A stretch of 32,000 bases of DNA, from contig CAYJVY010000004.1 in NCBI GenBank assembly GCA_964373795.1, positions 30,001 through 62,000 on the forward strand. Reading direction: 5' to 3'. The stretch's first letter is position 1, and every line of letters begins with the position of its first letter. A program made the translations under genes and the position numbers. A model generated the notes under the pieces. That model searched no databases and was not told the origin of the DNA. It saw only the letters and a program-made list of their open reading frames with translations. Positions 30,968 through 32,000 of the stretch are shown one piece after another. Source of the stretch: an uncultured archaeon (GTDB lineage Archaea; Iainarchaeota; Iainarchaeia; Iainarchaeales; DATDZZ01).

Positions 30968-32000
30968 ATGAATTTATCAAATAAAAAAATTGCTTTAATA
31001 CTTTTTGCACTTGCATTAATCAGTTTAACTTCGCTTGGCTTTTTTTTCCGCGCAACATTTACTTACTGGTTCTTCACAGGAACAAGTATTGGAAAAACCT
31101 TTCTATTCTTTTTATTTGCAGGAATTGTTTACTTAACTCCTTGGGAAAAAATTAACTCCAACAAAATATGGATTTTCAATTCATTACATGTATTCATTGC
31201 CTCAATTTTCATTTTATACTTTTTAAGTACTTTTGGATTTTTTTTAACTTTAAATGAATACTCGATTGAAAAGATTTTCACAAATTCAAATAACACTTGG
31301 ATTTTATCTTACTATGAAGAATCATTTATTTCAATAAACTGGCTTGGATTAATTCACAATCATTATTTGAAGCCAATAATTTCTCCAATAACTTTTTTCT
31401 TAAAAGACTTTGCATTTGATTCTGCATTACCATTAGCATCATTAGTGAAAAAAGAAATTCTAATAGTTGCATTTCCATTTTTAATTCTTGCAATTATTGC
31501 TTTAATTAAATCTCTTAAAACAAAAAAAGAAGACAAGTTATTTTTTTTATACATTTTGAATGGCTTTGGATTGCTCACCTCAACCCTAGATGGAGGGCTA
31601 ATTTCAGCAATAACTCAAATAAATGTAACAATTTTTTTAATCCTCTTATTAAATGATTTTTTATCAAATAATAAAAATTTTCCAGTATTAATTAAAGAAC
31701 CAATTATTAGAGCCATAACGTTTTTACTTGCATCAATTATTTCTCTTCAAATATTTAAGTGGCTATCAATAACTTTTTTAGGAGAACCTCCCATTTTCCA
31801 TGAATTTGTTTTAATCCCAACAACATTTATTTCAATATTAATTGCCTCATTGGAAGAAAGCAAATTCAAATATTCAAAATATTTTCTCTTCATATTATCC
31901 TTGATAATAATTTTAATAGCGTTTTATAATTACAGTGAACTATTTAATTCAAATCAATTAATTGATTCAATTGAAAAAACTGAAATAACCGAAGCTTACT
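30968..32000 (+). CDS. Polytopic integral membrane protein, 5' part (open-ended at the window edge)
   Basis: I translated by hand from the ATG at 30968 to position 32000 and found no stop in 344 codons. The product starts MNLSNKKIALILFALALISLTS... and has at least 8 hydrophobic segments. It is absent from the track because it is open-ended. It makes the antisense track ORF 31363..31578 spurious. Confidence 0.7.
   Translation, partial: MNLSNKKIALILFALALISLTSLGFFFRATFTYWFFTGTSIGKTFLFFLFAGIVYLTPWEKINSNKIWIFNSLHVFIASIFILYFLSTFGFFLTLNEYSIEKIFTNSNNTWILSYYEESFISINWLGLIHNHYLKPIISPITFFLKDFAFDSALPLASLVKKEILIVAFPFLILAIIALIKSLKTKKEDKLFFLYILNGFGLLTSTLDGGLISAITQINVTIFLILLLNDFLSNNKNFPVLIKEPIIRAITFLLASIISLQIFKWLSITFLGEPPIFHEFVLIPTTFISILIASLEESKFKYSKYFLFILSLIIILIAFYNYSELFNSNQLIDSIEKTEITEAY

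Noticed and set aside
31363-31578. Track ORF 31363..31578 (-, 71 aa).
   Set aside because: It lies antisense inside a 344-codon stop-free + frame (30968 to the window end) encoding an obvious polytopic membrane protein.

Overview
This is a strongly AT-rich (by eye about 30% GC), tightly packed archaeal chromosome segment. The gene content includes Orc1/Cdc6, RpoK, ribosomal protein eS17, Elp3, Taw3, a class I CCA-adding enzyme, aEF-1beta with its Zn-ribbon partner, Rad50, Pelota, ABCE1, ApgM and four class-III-signal-peptide pilin-like genes. That content and the short genes fit a small-genome, DPANN-like archaeon, but taxonomy cannot be proven from this window. I support about 40 CDS. Two are open-ended at the window edges and three are small ORFs missing from the supplied track. 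I also support one tRNA-Arg(UCG) without encoded CCA and two pseudogenes (a frameshifted PIN toxin and a 5'-truncated serpin). No rRNA, CRISPR array, transposase or integrase is seen. Four observations stand out. (1) A 180-bp, 63% GC island dense in repeats and hairpins exactly fills the taw3-thpR gap (9191-9372); it may be an unclassified structured RNA or a GC-cluster element. (2) A 74-bp inverted duplication (73/74 identical) of the cca promoter and 5' end sits at 5556-5629 and 11564-11637. It brackets a 5.9-kb segment and abuts the serpin truncation point. (3) A 516-aa B-family DNA polymerase homologue lacks the exonuclease domain and the motif C aspartates. It is divergent from orc1/cdc6 across an intergenic region carrying ORB-like dyads. 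(4) A four-gene pilin-like operon is fused co-directionally to apgM and a JAMM gene, while the only secretion ATPase is an orphan about 16 kb away. All functional calls come from motif recognition by eye; no database search was run.
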